Positions 13,731 through 28,300 of a stretch of 64,000 bases of DNA are shown here, in pieces. The stretch covers positions 18,506,279 through 18,570,278 of the forward strand of contig NC_068984.1 of the NCBI RefSeq assembly GCF_001194135.2, given 5' to 3'. This DNA is from Octopus bimaculoides. Lineage: Eukaryota. The notes beneath the pieces are model-generated. The model was not told the DNA's origin, ran no database searches, and was given only the letters and a program-made list of their open reading frames with translations. Made by a program: the position numbers and the translations under genes. Each line of letters begins with the position of its first letter. Position 1 is the first letter of the stretch.

Positions 13731-16294
13731 TTGATGATCTTTTTCTGAAAAATTTTCTGAGTCTTTTGAATCTTGGATTAGTTTGGATTTTAACTTGTTA
13801 TATATATATTTGCATCTATAAAATGAAACAACTTGAGCATGGCTCTATTTATAATTACAAATACAGCTTATTAATATACTTTCAAGGTAGTTTTAAATAT
13901 ATATTATACAGTCTCTTATTAACAAGGGTTTTTCTCTAACACAATACAGTTCTGGATTTTGGAGGTTTTCAAAATGCAAATAATTATTAACCTGTACACA
14001 CACATGTACACGTGCATGTTGCTGTGGTGTAGCCAGAGAGATAGCCCTGATTGAGTAGCCCTATTTAGGTGGTCAAGCTAAAATCCTTCTGCACCCCACC
14101 CCCACTCCTATACATATACAGACACACACACCTTGTTTTTTGTTTTTTCGGGCAGTGTGCAGCCAAGGCCACATTACACAATGTATCCTTCCTTTAATTC
14201 AAGGGAGATTTGGCTGCTGTTTCTAGCAAGTGGGGTAACTGCATAAAAGTGTCTCTCTATCCTTCTTTCTGTTTCTACCACCAGGCTATTAGTATCACAG
14301 TGCCTAAGTGAAACATTAATATATATGTATGTATATATATAATCATCATCATCATCGTCATTTAACATCCGCCTTCCGTGCTGGCATGAGTTGGATGGTT
14401 TGACAGGAGCCAGCCAGGTAGAAGACTACACCAGGCATATGTATTATGTGTGTGTATATATACACACATACATACATGTCTGCGCATATATACATACACA
14501 TACACATATATATAATCTTTCTTTTGCCATAGTAATTTATATAGATAGACAGATGTATATTATGTATTCTATATATATGTTTATATATATATGTGTATAT
14601 TATATAAATGGACAGATGTATACAGACACACACATGCATATGTATTATGTGTGTGTGAGCGGGCATATATATGTGTATGTATATATGCATGTGTGTATGT
14701 GTATGTGTGTGTATATATATATACACACACACTCATAATTGCATATACAAACACATATATGGAATCCTTCTTTTGCTATAGTAATTTATCATAAATGTGC
14801 TTGAGCATTTCCTAAAAGATTATCCTATCTAAATATTTGATAAATTCGCCTAATTCAGCAAACACCGTAGCATTGTTTTTTATCGTTCCATCTTTTGATG
14901 TTGACGTTTCCCAGGCAACCACATGTGGCATTACACTGTTGCGAATTCTCTTTTTTCCATTTTCTCTCTGTTAACACTATTCAGTCTCTTAGCCAAGGAA
15001 GCCACCAACGGAGGGAAAAGCGATACATTTCAGTGTTTGCTGTAGTAGCTCTTTGGGAGACAATCTTCTGTTGGTTACCTGGTTTAGTTGCATGTAACAA
15101 AAGCACCTGGCTACTGATAGTGACTGACTCAGAAAAAGAAATGGTTTTTTTTTTTTTGTCTTTTAACTATCAATCTCGGAGAATAGAACGGTGCTATATG
15201 TTTCTATGTTTGTAGTTCTTCCGCACTTCATAAGTGAATAGCATTGTTATATTTCTTTTATATATTTGTATATGTGTGTGTGTATATGTATATATGTGTG
15301 TATGTATATACGTGTGTATACGTATATATGTATGTGTGTTTATGTATATGTGTGTATATGTGTGTGTGTGTGTGTGTATACACACAAACACATATATAGT
15401 AGAGCGTGTGTATATGCAAACATATATATTGTAAAAAGTGTGTGTGTGTGCATGCACATGTGCATAGTATGCTTATGTATGTGTGTGTGTGTGTATGTAT
15501 ATATGTGTGTATATGTATATATGTATGTGTGTTTATGTATATGTGTATTTATATGTGTATATATATATATGTGTGTATACATACACATATAGTACAGAGT
15601 GTGTGTATATGCAAACATATATATTGTAAAATGTGTATGTATGACTATACAAGTGTGTGTGTGTGCATGGTATGTTTATGTATATGTGTGTATATATATA
15701 TTTATATATATATACAATGAAATAGTATTCTATTTCATTATTATTCTGATTGCATTGTTGTCTAACGCTTGTATCTAGTTGTGTTGGTGCAGTCATTAGA
15801 ATTAGCTTCCATTGTAGTTTAATGTTTTGTGCCTATTTATGGGAAATAAAGAAAATTTATATTTATTACTATGGCAGAATCGGTAGAATGGTGGACTAAA
15901 TTAATCCATTATCATTGTTAATGATGGACCTTTACATTTCTAAGTTAAGTCCTACTGGTGTCTTCTTGGTTGGTGAGGTGGCTGGGTGGGGGTGGGGGGC
16001 TAAAATAATGACCAGAACTGGAAATCTGTTGACTACAACCTTTTTTGTGTCACTGAGCCAAAGTTTACTCTTTTATTACTCTTTTACTTGTTTCAGTCAT
16101 TTGACTATGGCCATGCTGGAGCACCGCCTTTAGCCGAGCAAATCGACCCCAGGACTTATTCTTTGTAAGCCTAGTACTTATTGTAGCGGGCTCTCTTCTT
16201 GCTGAAGCACTAAGTTACGGGGACGTAAACACACCAGCATTGGTTGTCAAGCGATGTTGGGGGGACAAACACAGACACACAAACATATACACAC

Positions 16295-16325
<31 letters not shown>

Positions 16326-19300
16326 CATACATACATATATATATATATACATATACACGACTGGCTTCTTTCAGTTTCCGTCTACCAAATCCACTCACAA
16401 GGCTTTGGTCGGCCTGAGGCTATAGTAGAAGACACTTGCCCAAGGTGCCACGCAGAAGGACTGAACCGGGAACCATGTGGTTCGTAAGCAAGCTACTTAC
16501 CACACAGCCGCTCCTACTTAAATTTTTTTTTTTTTTTTTTTTGTGGTGGTGATAGTACTGGTGGTGGCAGTGCTGGAAAAAGAAGTTGAAGAAGAAGAGG
16601 GAAACAGCTGAATTGTTTGAGTGTTGGACAAAAGTGCCTTGTGGCAAATCATCCATCTCTTTAGCTTGCTTTCATCCCTCCACAGTCAGTAGAATAAAGT
16701 GCCAGTCACATACTGTCATGATCAGTGTTATTGACCAACACTCTTCCTCTCCTCAGAATTGCTGGTCTTCTGCTGCAAGGTGAAAAGCTGGCAGAGCTGT
16801 TAGCATGCTGGACAAAATGGCCAACAACATTTTGCCCATCTGTATGTTCTCACTTCAAATTCTGCCATGGTCAGCTTTGACTTTCATTCTTTCGGGATCG
16901 TTAAAATAAGTATCAATTGAACACTGGGGTCAGTGTAATCACCTTACCCCCTTATATGGATTCCGGTAACCTTAGGTGTCCCCAAGCTTTCAGTAGTCTT
17001 TCAAGTGCTTAAGACCCTCCTGATAATTTTATCATTATTATTATTATTATATAGACATAGGAGTGACTGTGTGGTAAGTAGCTTGCTTACGAACCACATG
17101 GTTCCAGGTTCAGTCCCACTGTGTGGAATCTTGGGCAAGTGTCTTCTACTATAGCCTCTGGCCGACCAAAGCCTTGTGAGTGGATTTGGTAGACGGAAAC
17201 TGAAAGAAGCCCATTGTATATATATATATGTGTGTGTGTGTGTGTATATGTTGGTGTGTCTGTGTTTGTCCCTCCCAACATCGCTTGACAACCGATGCTG
17301 GTGTGTTTACGTCCCCGTAACCTATGACTGAAAGCTTGGGGAGGAGAAGTAGCAGAATTATTATTATTAAGGCGGTGAGCTGTCAGAATCATTAGCATGC
17401 TGGACAAATTACTTAGTGGTATTTTGCCCATCACTACATTCTGTGTTCAAATTCCACCAAGGTCAACTTTGCCTTCCATCCTTTTGGAGTCAATGAAATT
17501 AGTACCAGTTATGTACTGGAGTCAATATAATCAACTATTCTCTCCCCCAAAATTTTAGACCTTGTGCCCTTAGTAGAAAGGATTATTATTATTATCATTA
17601 TTATTATTATTATAATTATTGGTATTGACTTCATCTTAAATCCTTCAGGGTTTATAAAGGAAGTTATAAGGAATTTGTGGTCTTCACTCAGTTAACTGCA
17701 TCCAATTACTTATAATTCCATGCTAATATTTCAAATATGCAAAACAGCGATCTCATCCAAGGAAAGGTAGAAAGCTAGCAAAATCATTAGCATGCTGAGC
17801 AAAATGCTCGGTGACATTTTCATTAGTCTGAGTTCAAATTCTGCCAAAGTCAACTTTGCCTTTCATCCTTTCAAGGTTGATAAAATAAGGACCCATTAAG
17901 CACTGGGGTCAATGTAACTGACTTAACCCCTCCCTAAAAATTTCTGGCTTTGGATCAAAATTTGAAACCAGTATTTCAAGCATTGATTTTTAAACATACA
18001 TCTTATAGCATTTATTGTTATTTCTTTTAGCTATTAATGCTTTGGACATTCTGAAAATTAAAGTATTTATTTCCGTGTTTACTGCATAATTAGTTGTCTA
18101 ATAGAAGTGATTAATTCAGTCATTAATTAGAACTGGTAGCAATATTTGATCACAGAGAGTTTAACATGAAAGATAAACGACAAAGGTAATAAGGTGTTTT
18201 GTATTAGGATGCAATATGATATTGGTTTCAGAACATGATCTTTAAGATGTCCAGTGTTGCAGCTTTTTAAGCATTCCGTGTGTACCATTATTGCCAGTAA
18301 TTAAACAATTATTTCTTCTTTTTATAGATATCTATTCGAGAAGCACGAGGACTTCCAGCAGCTCTTTCGAACTTTGTCTTTTGTCAATATTCTTTTTGGG
18401 GTCAATTGGAACCAATCGTTGTAGCTCCTTTGGTAAACCCAGAATACTGTGATCCTGATCGAGAAGACGGTGCAACAGTAACTTTCTCCCATACTAAGGT
18501 AATTTATGTAGGATTATTATGAATTTTTTTTTTTTTTCATTTGTATTGTCTTTCATATTATCATATCACAAACCCCAATGGAACAGTTTTCAAATTCATT
18601 TAGAACAGGGGTTTTCAAACTATTTGACTTGCGGACCCCTTTATATTTCAGGCTTTACCTTAGGGACTCCTTTATAAACGCTTATGAAATGGATACATAA
18701 ATATTTGCTTAAAATAACATATATTTTTACATTTATTTATCTAACAGTATTTAACAAATAGGTTTATTGTCAATTAAAAGATTTTGATTAAAAAACATAT
18801 ATAAAATCAAATTGCCCATAAAAAGTATTTGCTGTCCACGGACCCCCTGTCTTGTCCGCAGACCACAGTTTGAAAACCCCTGATTTAGAACACTACAGCT
18901 TCCTTGATAGATTTTGTATCAAATCCATATCTTAACCTTTTGGCATTCGGATTATTCCATCAAATGTAATGCTTATTTCTTCACATTGTTTTAAATTAAT
19001 GATGCACTATGTCTTAGATTACCACACATTGATTTAATTTTGTGCTGAGCCATGAACTTGATTTCTTGAATCAGGAGTTGTAATATATTAGAACTGTTGG
19101 TGACTTAGTGTGTGATGTCCACTGGTGCCTAATGTATGGCAGGCTCATATCCAAGGAAAGCTAAGGTGAAACCAAGACTGTTATTTCTCAGTATCAGCAA
19201 GGCCTTTTACTGAGTAGGATTAAGTCAAACAATTGTTTGAACACAACTCTTGTGGATTACATCTTGTATTGGTTTCCTATCTGGGATAATGCAACCATTA

Positions 19301-22300
19301 CTGACATTCATGACTATATTCAAAAGAAAGTAATTTTTCTGATCAGTAATCTCTTTCTATATTTCCTGATTCTGACCCAGTCATTGTATATTCTCATCTT
19401 CTCTCTGTCTCTCTCTCTTTCTCTACTGTAACAGTGGACTTTTACAAACATCGGTTTGTTCCTCTTCATGTACTTAGCTTTCTGTTTCTTATTTCCATTG
19501 TTACATTTATGTTTTTTAAGCTCCATTGCACATATTACATCCAATCCTTTTGCGAACAGCAACTCTCTGAAAATCCATTCCCACCCCTATCTTCCAACAA
19601 AACATTAATGCAGAATTCTTTAAGCACCATACATCCACCTCTACCTCACTCTTCTAATCACATCCTGCTTCCCAGTATTTTTGTCTCATAATTGACAATA
19701 AAAGAAAACATTCTGTGTAACATTATTCAAATTTTACTTGAAATTTTTCCATAATAAATTTAAATGACTTATTGTATTTTTTTTATATTTTGAAATTTTT
19801 AAGTAAAAATAATAAATTTGAAAACATTGTCTTTTGTTGAAAATTAGACATAAAACTGAGAGTTCGGGTGATATGTTGCTAGGAAAACAGATAAACGTAC
19901 TCCAAATTGAATAATTAGTATACAGTTCTTGTTTAGTTTAATTTTTTTTAATTTGAAACCTTTTAATAGCCTAATTAAAATTCATATCATTTAAGCTTAC
20001 ATAATAATTTCTAAAGTAAAAGGTGGTGGTGATGTCACAAAGAGGTGGACTAGCTGTATTATAGTATTAGGTTTATTATCATACTATTCTGTCTGTAGAA
20101 TAATTATCATGAGTGTTTCAGATATTGATTCCACTTCGAAAAATCTCTGGATATATATATATATTCATATTTATTCATATGAGATACATATTTGTATCTA
20201 TGTGAAAAGATATTTAATTATTATTTCTATTTTGTTTCTAGGACTTTAAAGTTTGTGTGACTGAAGAATTCATTGAACATGCCTCCGAAGGAGCCCTTTC
20301 CATTGAGGTTTGGGGCCATCGAAGTCCTGGCTTCAGCAACAATAATACCTGGGATCCTGATAACAGGCAAGCTAGATCTCGTTCTTTATTAGACAGGTAA
20401 GTTGTAACACCAGTTATTTACTATCTATGTTGTTGTAAAAAAGTAAAGGTGAAGGCATGTGTCCTAGTGATTGAGGTGTTGCCCTCATGATCACAAGATT
20501 GTGGTTTCAATTCCTGGACTGGGGACTGCATTGTATTTTTGAATGAAACATTTCATTTCATGTTGCTCTAGCCTGCTAAGCTGTAAATTGGTGGCCCTGC
20601 AACAGGCTCATGTCTCTTTTATGGAAATGTTATGATCTTGGTCACTTATGTCACAGAAATCAGGTAACCATCCCCTATGAGTCTCAGGACTCTGGACAGT
20701 AATGCCCTGGGACTACCTTACTTATGTTGCTGTAACTTTTCACTATATTCTCAAGTTCATATATGACCAGAATTGATTTTGTTTTTCTTCAGTCCAGAAC
20801 AAATAAAATATATATATCTTTTATTTATTCTATCTGATTCGGCTATATTCCTGTTTTGGTGTCTTATGCAGAAATCAATTTTTACCTACTAAACACTAAA
20901 TATTCAATAGATTCTTTCATCTAACATCATCTGTTGACTATTTTCTAGTCAATACTTATTTCTAAATAAATCCTTCTTATCAACATTGTTGGCAATCAAC
21001 ACACAATATGGTGACTAACATTGAATGATATTCTGCAATATTTCCAGAATTTCATAAACTTGGACTGCATTGTTTCAAACTCTGTTCAGACATAAATGTT
21101 TTAATCAATATTTTTAATATTCTCTCATATTATTGTTTCACATTCATTAGTAAACAAACTTTTTCCAGTATTTTTTATTTCACAAAATGTACTGGTCTAT
21201 GCATCCGTATGGATGTAACTTACATAAAAAAAACTTTGAATGAATTAACATATTCAAATGTATCCTTTATAATCAGTAGATTTTATTCTATAAGTGAAAA
21301 CCGATATGAATTTTTTTTTTCTTTTTTCAATATAAATTATTGAACTAAAATTTATTAGTTTCTTCCCAGTATTGCTTCCTTGTTGTTCCATACCTGATTT
21401 TATGTTGGCATAGACCTTATATATTATTATTCAATCTTTCATTCAAAATAACAAAAACAAAAAAGAGTGGAAAGATGCAATGATGGTGTTTGTTTATATA
21501 TTCAATTGTTCTTTGTTTTTGTTTTTTTAATGAATAGGTGGAATGAGGTAATGCGAAAAATTGAATTCTGGGTTGAAGTTCATGAACTTAATGAACAGGG
21601 AGAATATACTCCAGTTGAAGTTGTGCCGAAGCCAGAAGTGCCTTCTGCTGGAGTCTTTCAACTTCGACAGGTAAAACAACTTGCATTTTGTTATAAATTT
21701 CATTTGTTTATTTGTTTCTGTTATCTCCATGTTTTCCATGTTTCTGTTATCTCCATGTTTATACATGGACCAGACAAATACTTATTACTTAGTATTTATT
21801 TTTAAGTCTGGTACTTAATTTAACAGTCACTCTTGCCAAACTGCTAAGGTATTGGGGACAGAAACAGACTGGCATTGGTTGTCAAGCGACAGTGGAGGAC
21901 AAAGATGCAGACACACACACATACACATACACGATGGGTTTCCACACAGTTTCTGTCAAACAAATCCACACAAGACATTGATTGGTCCTGTGCTATAGTA
22001 GAAGACTCTTGCTCAAGATGCCACACAATGAGATTGAATCCAAAACAAGGTGGTTGCAAACCAAGTTCTTGAATCACACAGCCATGCCATTGTCTAGTAA
22101 TGTAACAGATTTTTCCTGTTACATTTGTAGTTATTTTGGCGAAGGAGTAGCTGGGTGGTAAGTAGCTTGCTTACGAACCACATGGTTCCGGGTTCAGTCC
22201 CGCTGCATGGCACCTTGGGCAAGTGTCTTCTACTATAGCCTCAGGCCGACCAAAGCCTTGTGAGTGGATTTGGTAGACGGAAACTGAAAGAAGCCCGTCG

Positions 22301-22308
22301 TATATATG

Positions 22309-22343
<35 letters not shown>

Positions 22344-25300
22344 CTGTGCTTGTCCCCCCCCCCAACATCGCTTGACAACCGATGCTGGTGTGTTTACATC
22401 CCCATAACTTAGCGGTTTGGCAAAAGAGGCTGATAGAATAAGTACTAGGCTTAGAAAAGAATAAGTCCTAGGGTCGATTTGCTTGACTAAAGGCAGTGCT
22501 CCAGCATGGCCACAGTCAAATGACTGAACCAAGTAAAAGAGTATACCTTTTACTGACAGTGAGCTAGCAGAAAAAAATGGAGCACCAAACTGAATTCCTT
22601 TAATCCTTTAGTGCTTCAGCCAGCCATATTTGGCCCAAATATTCTACTTGTTTTATGTTCAAGCTGGCTAGATCTGACCTCTCTCACCTAGCCTGCAATG
22701 TCATTTTAAAAATAATGAATCACATCACCAAACTCTTGAATCTACAAGATAATTCATGATAAATTCAAAACAACGAATAAATGAGCATTACATTGGACAG
22801 AATAATCTGATTGCTAAAGGGTTAAAGTCGTCAACTTCAACCCTGCACCTTTTCAAGTTCAAATCTTACCAGCCACAACATTTCTCTCTTATAAAATGTC
22901 AGTATATGAAATAAATATACGTATTGTAGTGGACTTGATTCAATTGATTATATCTTCCTCTTTCAAACAATTGGCTTACTGCCTAATCAAAAGAATATAT
23001 AATATTACATTGTGATCAAATATTAATGAAACCAAAAACATTGATAGATTAATGTTACATGAGTGCAAGAGACAGCTTGAAAGACTCTAAAATAGAAGAA
23101 ACAGTGAGAGGTTTCACATTAGGAAGGTGGTATATTTACTATATCATTGTAAGGAATTAACAAGATGTAATGATAGAGGTTTCAAACCCTGTAGCTCTCG
23201 GCATTTAATAGGAGGTGGGAATTAAAACATGACACTTTTTCAGTTTGTTATTAAAACAAGAGACTGAGTGATACTGATTATGTATTCTTAATGAAGTTGT
23301 TAATGAAATATAACTGATTAATAACAAGTAATTTAAATTAGTTCTTGTTGATTTACGTTACAAGACCTTTTTTTTTTTTGGAGCAGGGTGATGGTTGTAT
23401 ATATGTTTTATTTTTTACTTGTTTCTGTCATTGGAGTGTGGCCTTGCTGGGGCATTGCTTTGAAGGTTTTAGTCAAACAGATTAACCCCAGTACTTATTT
23501 TTTAAGTCTGGTAGTTTTGCAGATCTGCTAAGTTAATGGGATGTAAATAAACCAACACCAGGTGTCAAGTGGGTGGGAGGACAAACAAAAATGCACATAC
23601 ACACAAGCTTTCTTCCACGTAGTTTCCATTGACCAAATTCACTCCAAAGATATTGGTCAGCCCAGGGAACTGAACCCAACACTACAAGGTTGCAAAGCCA
23701 ACTTCTTAACCACACAGCCATATAAGAATAGAAGTTGGTTCATAGTGTTATCATTAGAATTTGCTTCATTGACATCTTTGAATTAAAAATCATTGTCATC
23801 ATCATTGTTTTACATCCGTTCTTTCCTTTTTGCCTGGGTTGGATGAGTCTATTCCAGTACAGCATCTTGTTAAATGGTGCAGACATTTGCTCTCTGATAC
23901 ACACACCACAGTGAAAATGGCCAATCTTTGTTTCTTTACATATCATGTTCATAGATCTGGATGTCTTTTCTATTGCTAACCACTTTACAGTATACACTGG
24001 GTGCATTTTATCATGTCACTGTCCTTCATCATTTTTGTTTCCATGTATATCATCATCATCATCATCATCATCGTTTAACGTCCGCTTTCCATGCTAGCAT
24101 GGGTTGGACGATTTGACTGAGGACTGGTGAAACCGGATGGCAACACCAGGCTCCAGTCTGATTTGGCAGAGTTTCTACAGCTGGATGCCCTTCCTAACGC
24201 CAACCACTCAGAGAGTGTAGTGGGTGCTTTTACGTGTCACCCGCACGAAAACGGCCACGCTCGAAATGGTGTCTTTTATGTGCCNNNNNNNNNNNNNNNN
24301 NNNNNNNNNNNNNNNNNNNNNNNNNNNNNNNNNNNNNNNNNNNNNNNNNNNNNNNNNNNNNNNNNNNNNNNNNNNNNNNNNNNNNNNNNNNNNNNNNNNN
24401 NNNNNNNNNNNNNNNNNNNNNNNNNNNNNNNNNNNNNNNNNNNNNNNNNNNNNNNNNNNNNNNNNNNNNNNNNNNNNNNNNNNNNNNNNNNNNNNNNNNN
24501 NNNNNNNNNNNNNNNNNNNNNNNNNNNNNNNNNNNNNNNNNNNNNGGGTCTTCTCACGCACAGCCCATTTCCAAAGGTCTCGGTCCGTAGTCATCGCCTC
24601 GGTGAGGCCCAATGTACGAAGGTCTTGCCTCACCACCTCAGCCCAGGTCTTCCTGGGCCTACCTCTTCCACGGGTTCCCTCAACTGTTAGGGTGTGGCAC
24701 TTTTTCACGCAGCTATCCTCCTCCATTCTCACCACATGTCCATACCAGCGCAATCGTCTCTCTTGCACGCCACAACTGATGCTTCTAATGTTCAGCTTTT
24801 CTCTCAAGATACTTACACTCTGACGGGTATATCATGTTTATATAATGTTAATGTTATATTCAGAAAGATTTGTCTAGTAAAAGCTAGAATATATAAAGCT
24901 AGAGAGATGCAAGAGTATTTAGTATCAATGGTTCACTAAAATGTTATAAAATCTACATATGAATATGTAGTCTTCATATGTCTATTCTTGTTACTTTATT
25001 TTTTCTATCCTCCTACTTGACACTGGTGTTGATTTGAAGTGAAAAAAAAAAACTAGACTGAATTGCATAAAATGATGTTATGGCTTAAATGTCCCATTAA
25101 AATATTCAGAATTCTCGAAGAACTAGTGAGAGGAATTCAGTATTTTGTTGAAAAGATTTCAGCTTAAACAGGAAATGTCACATTGTGATAGATTATTCCT
25201 TAAACTTGAAATTAATGAAATGAAAATTTCACCTAAATTTTATTCCCGATAAAAGATTGGGCAAGTTAATTAGAATACCAAAAGTATTGATGTAAATAGT

Positions 25301-28300
25301 TTCAAATTTATACTTCAAATATTCAAAGTTCATTTTCAGAGTTTTAGTTTTGGCTGTTACATTAAGTTATGTGTGCATAAAAATATATATAACACCTGTG
25401 CTGGTGCTACATATAAGGCACTGGTGCTGGTGTCCTGTAAAAAGCACCTGTACTGATGCCACATATAAGGCACTGGTGCTGGTGTCCTGTAAAAAGCACC
25501 CAGCACACTATGTAAAGTGGTTGGCATTAGGAAAAGCATCTAGGCATAGAAACAATGCCAAACAGACAATTGAATCCTGGTGCAGATCTCTAGTTTGCCA
25601 GCTCCTGTCAAACTTGCCAACCCATGCCAACATGCAAAACAGACATTAAAAGATGACAATGATGATGTTTTTATATATATATATGTGTGTGTGTGTGTAT
25701 TATATATATACATACATATATGTATATTGCACCATTCAAGTGTGGTCGATGCCAGTGCTGCCTCACTGGCTCTCATGGCGGTGGCACGTAAAAAACACCA
25801 TTCAAGCATGATCGTTGCCAGTGCCGCCTGACTAGCCCTCATGCCAGTGGCAGGTAAAAGGCACCCACTACACTCTCAGAGTTGTTGGCATTAGGAAGAG
25901 CATCCAGTTGTAGAAACCTTGCCAGAACAGATTGGAAACTGGTGCAGCCTCCTGGCTTGCCAGTCCTCAGTCAAACTGCCCAACCCATGCCAGCATGGAA
26001 AACGGACATTAAAAGATGATGATGATGATGATCTATATGAGTTCTCTATTGCATTCAGTGGTTCTTGTGTTGCTAATGTATGGTGCTGAGAAATCGTTCA
26101 ATCCATCAACAAAAAGTTTTCATTTTTAATACAATTCAAATTCAACTTGTTTTTTTCCAACCTCTAATGTAATAGTTACTGTTACAAACACTGCTGCAAT
26201 GTTTATATAACTGAATTTAGCAGAATTTCAATTATTTTTTAATGGAAAAAATCCTGTAGTGTTTGTATGTAGCGAAACGTAACAAAAGATTGTTTTGTAC
26301 GTGTAAAATGAAAGATATATATTCTCACAGCAAATATTTAATGATTGAAATTATTAACATTTGGTGGAATAATGTAGAAATAAGTGAGTTTTAAGCAAAC
26401 CTTCATTTTCATTTTTCTAAGTGGTTGCTAAATAAAATTTAAGTCATGAAACTGAAAAATCATATAACCACTCTCAGTAATGACTGGATTTATAATCATG
26501 CTTAGAATTGGTTGGTCTGAAGGATTATTAATATTTTTAGTTATTTATGTATTTTATTTCAGTTTTATACCAAATTTAAGATCCATGCCAAATAGACATA
26601 AATTATCTTGCAGAATAAGAATATTTATGTGAAGTAACTTACCAATAAGTACTGTTTTTGTGTATCCTATAAATAGGATTATGGAAAGTGTGATGACACT
26701 GAATGAAAAAATAACAAGAACTAATCTACCAGAACCATGGCCACATAAATCCTATTACATTGAACACTTCTTTAACCATTTTCTTCTTATATTTCTGTTA
26801 AAACACACTTTAAGGCGGTGAGCTGGCAGAGTTGTTAGCATGCCAGGCAAAATGCTTAGCAGTATTTTATCCGTCGTTACATTCTGAGTTCAAATTCCAC
26901 TGAGATCGACTTTGCCTTTAATCCCTTTCAGGTGCAATAAAATAAGTACCAGTAGAACACTGGAGTTGATGTAATCAACATACTTCCTCCCTCACCCCTG
27001 AAATTGCTGGCCTTGTGCCAAAATTTGAGACCAATATCTCTGTTAAAACATACTATCTTTGTTTCAATTAATTTCGAAAATGAGGAAGAATTTGGTAAAA
27101 TAAGTTTATCATTAATTTGGTGTTTGGAACATTAATTAACATGAAGTTTTGATGGGTGGTTTTAATGTAAATCGCCTTAAAACATAAAGTTGGTGTCATA
27201 GAACCAAAGGTGGTCTTAGGCAATCGGTATCAAAAGAGTTAAAGCAGTTTTTCATATAAATTTTTGTAATATTACTTTTTACTAAGAACATTATAATGGA
27301 AGTTGAACACTTGATAATAAAATTATTTTTAACCATTTGATAAACATTGCTTTTCTCAAACTGTTTATAGCAGCCAGTATTTTGTTAAATTGTGAAAGAA
27401 TTTCTAAGTTTGATATCCATAATCAGTTTGTTAATGTCTCAGATACAAAATATTTTCAGATTTATTTTCTTTATTATTCTATTTTATTTGTTGCAGCAGT
27501 ATTTTAGACATTATTAGCACTATGAGTAAATTCTTAACTTCACTACATTATATACTAACCTTTACTCTTCTGTATTCTTCTTCATACCTACACTGGTTTA
27601 TAAAACACACACAGCACTGATTTATTTGAAACGGAAATATTGTACCTTACTATATAAATTAGAACTTACTAAAAATACTGTTTATAGCTGAAATTCTATT
27701 TCTAGGATTCACTGAATATGGTATCAATTGAGAATTATTTGATTGAATTCTTATAGTTCCTGTTCAGTAGCCTGGCTAATTTGATTTCAATATATATTCT
27801 AGTTGTTGTGTCCGTAAGCAATTTCAATACAATTATTCTGTTTATGGGCTATGTTTATGAGATACTTTAATAAATTCAATTTTGCACCAACAAAGAAATT
27901 TCACTTTTCCAAAAACTAGTGAAATAGAGAACAAGGGACAGAGAGTAGATCTACTTCTTGTTTTATTTTAGATCCTTTAAAAAAATTAAATTCTAATGTA
28001 TGTTCCAGAATGTTGGACAGTATTTCTGGATACTTATTTATCAGAGAAATGCTGTCAGCTATGTTTAAACTTAAACATTTTTTCAAAAAAATATTGTATT
28101 CAGCTTATTTCAATTACCTATCTAATTTCAGTGTTGTTTTGAAAGTATTAAATATTGATTAGTAATTAGCTGTAATTTTATCCTGTATTTTAGATATCCA
28201 ACTACTTTTTTTGTTTTGTTTCTTTTTTCCTAAATTTCGATTACTGTTCTTTTCAATATGGCTATTTCATTTCTTTTGTTTTCATTGAATTCAAANNNNN

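Noticed and set aside
25393-25865. CRISPR-like repeat-spacer pattern
   Set aside because: The units are fully tandem with no unique spacers, lie in an RTE 3' UTR in eukaryotic DNA, and no cas genes are present.
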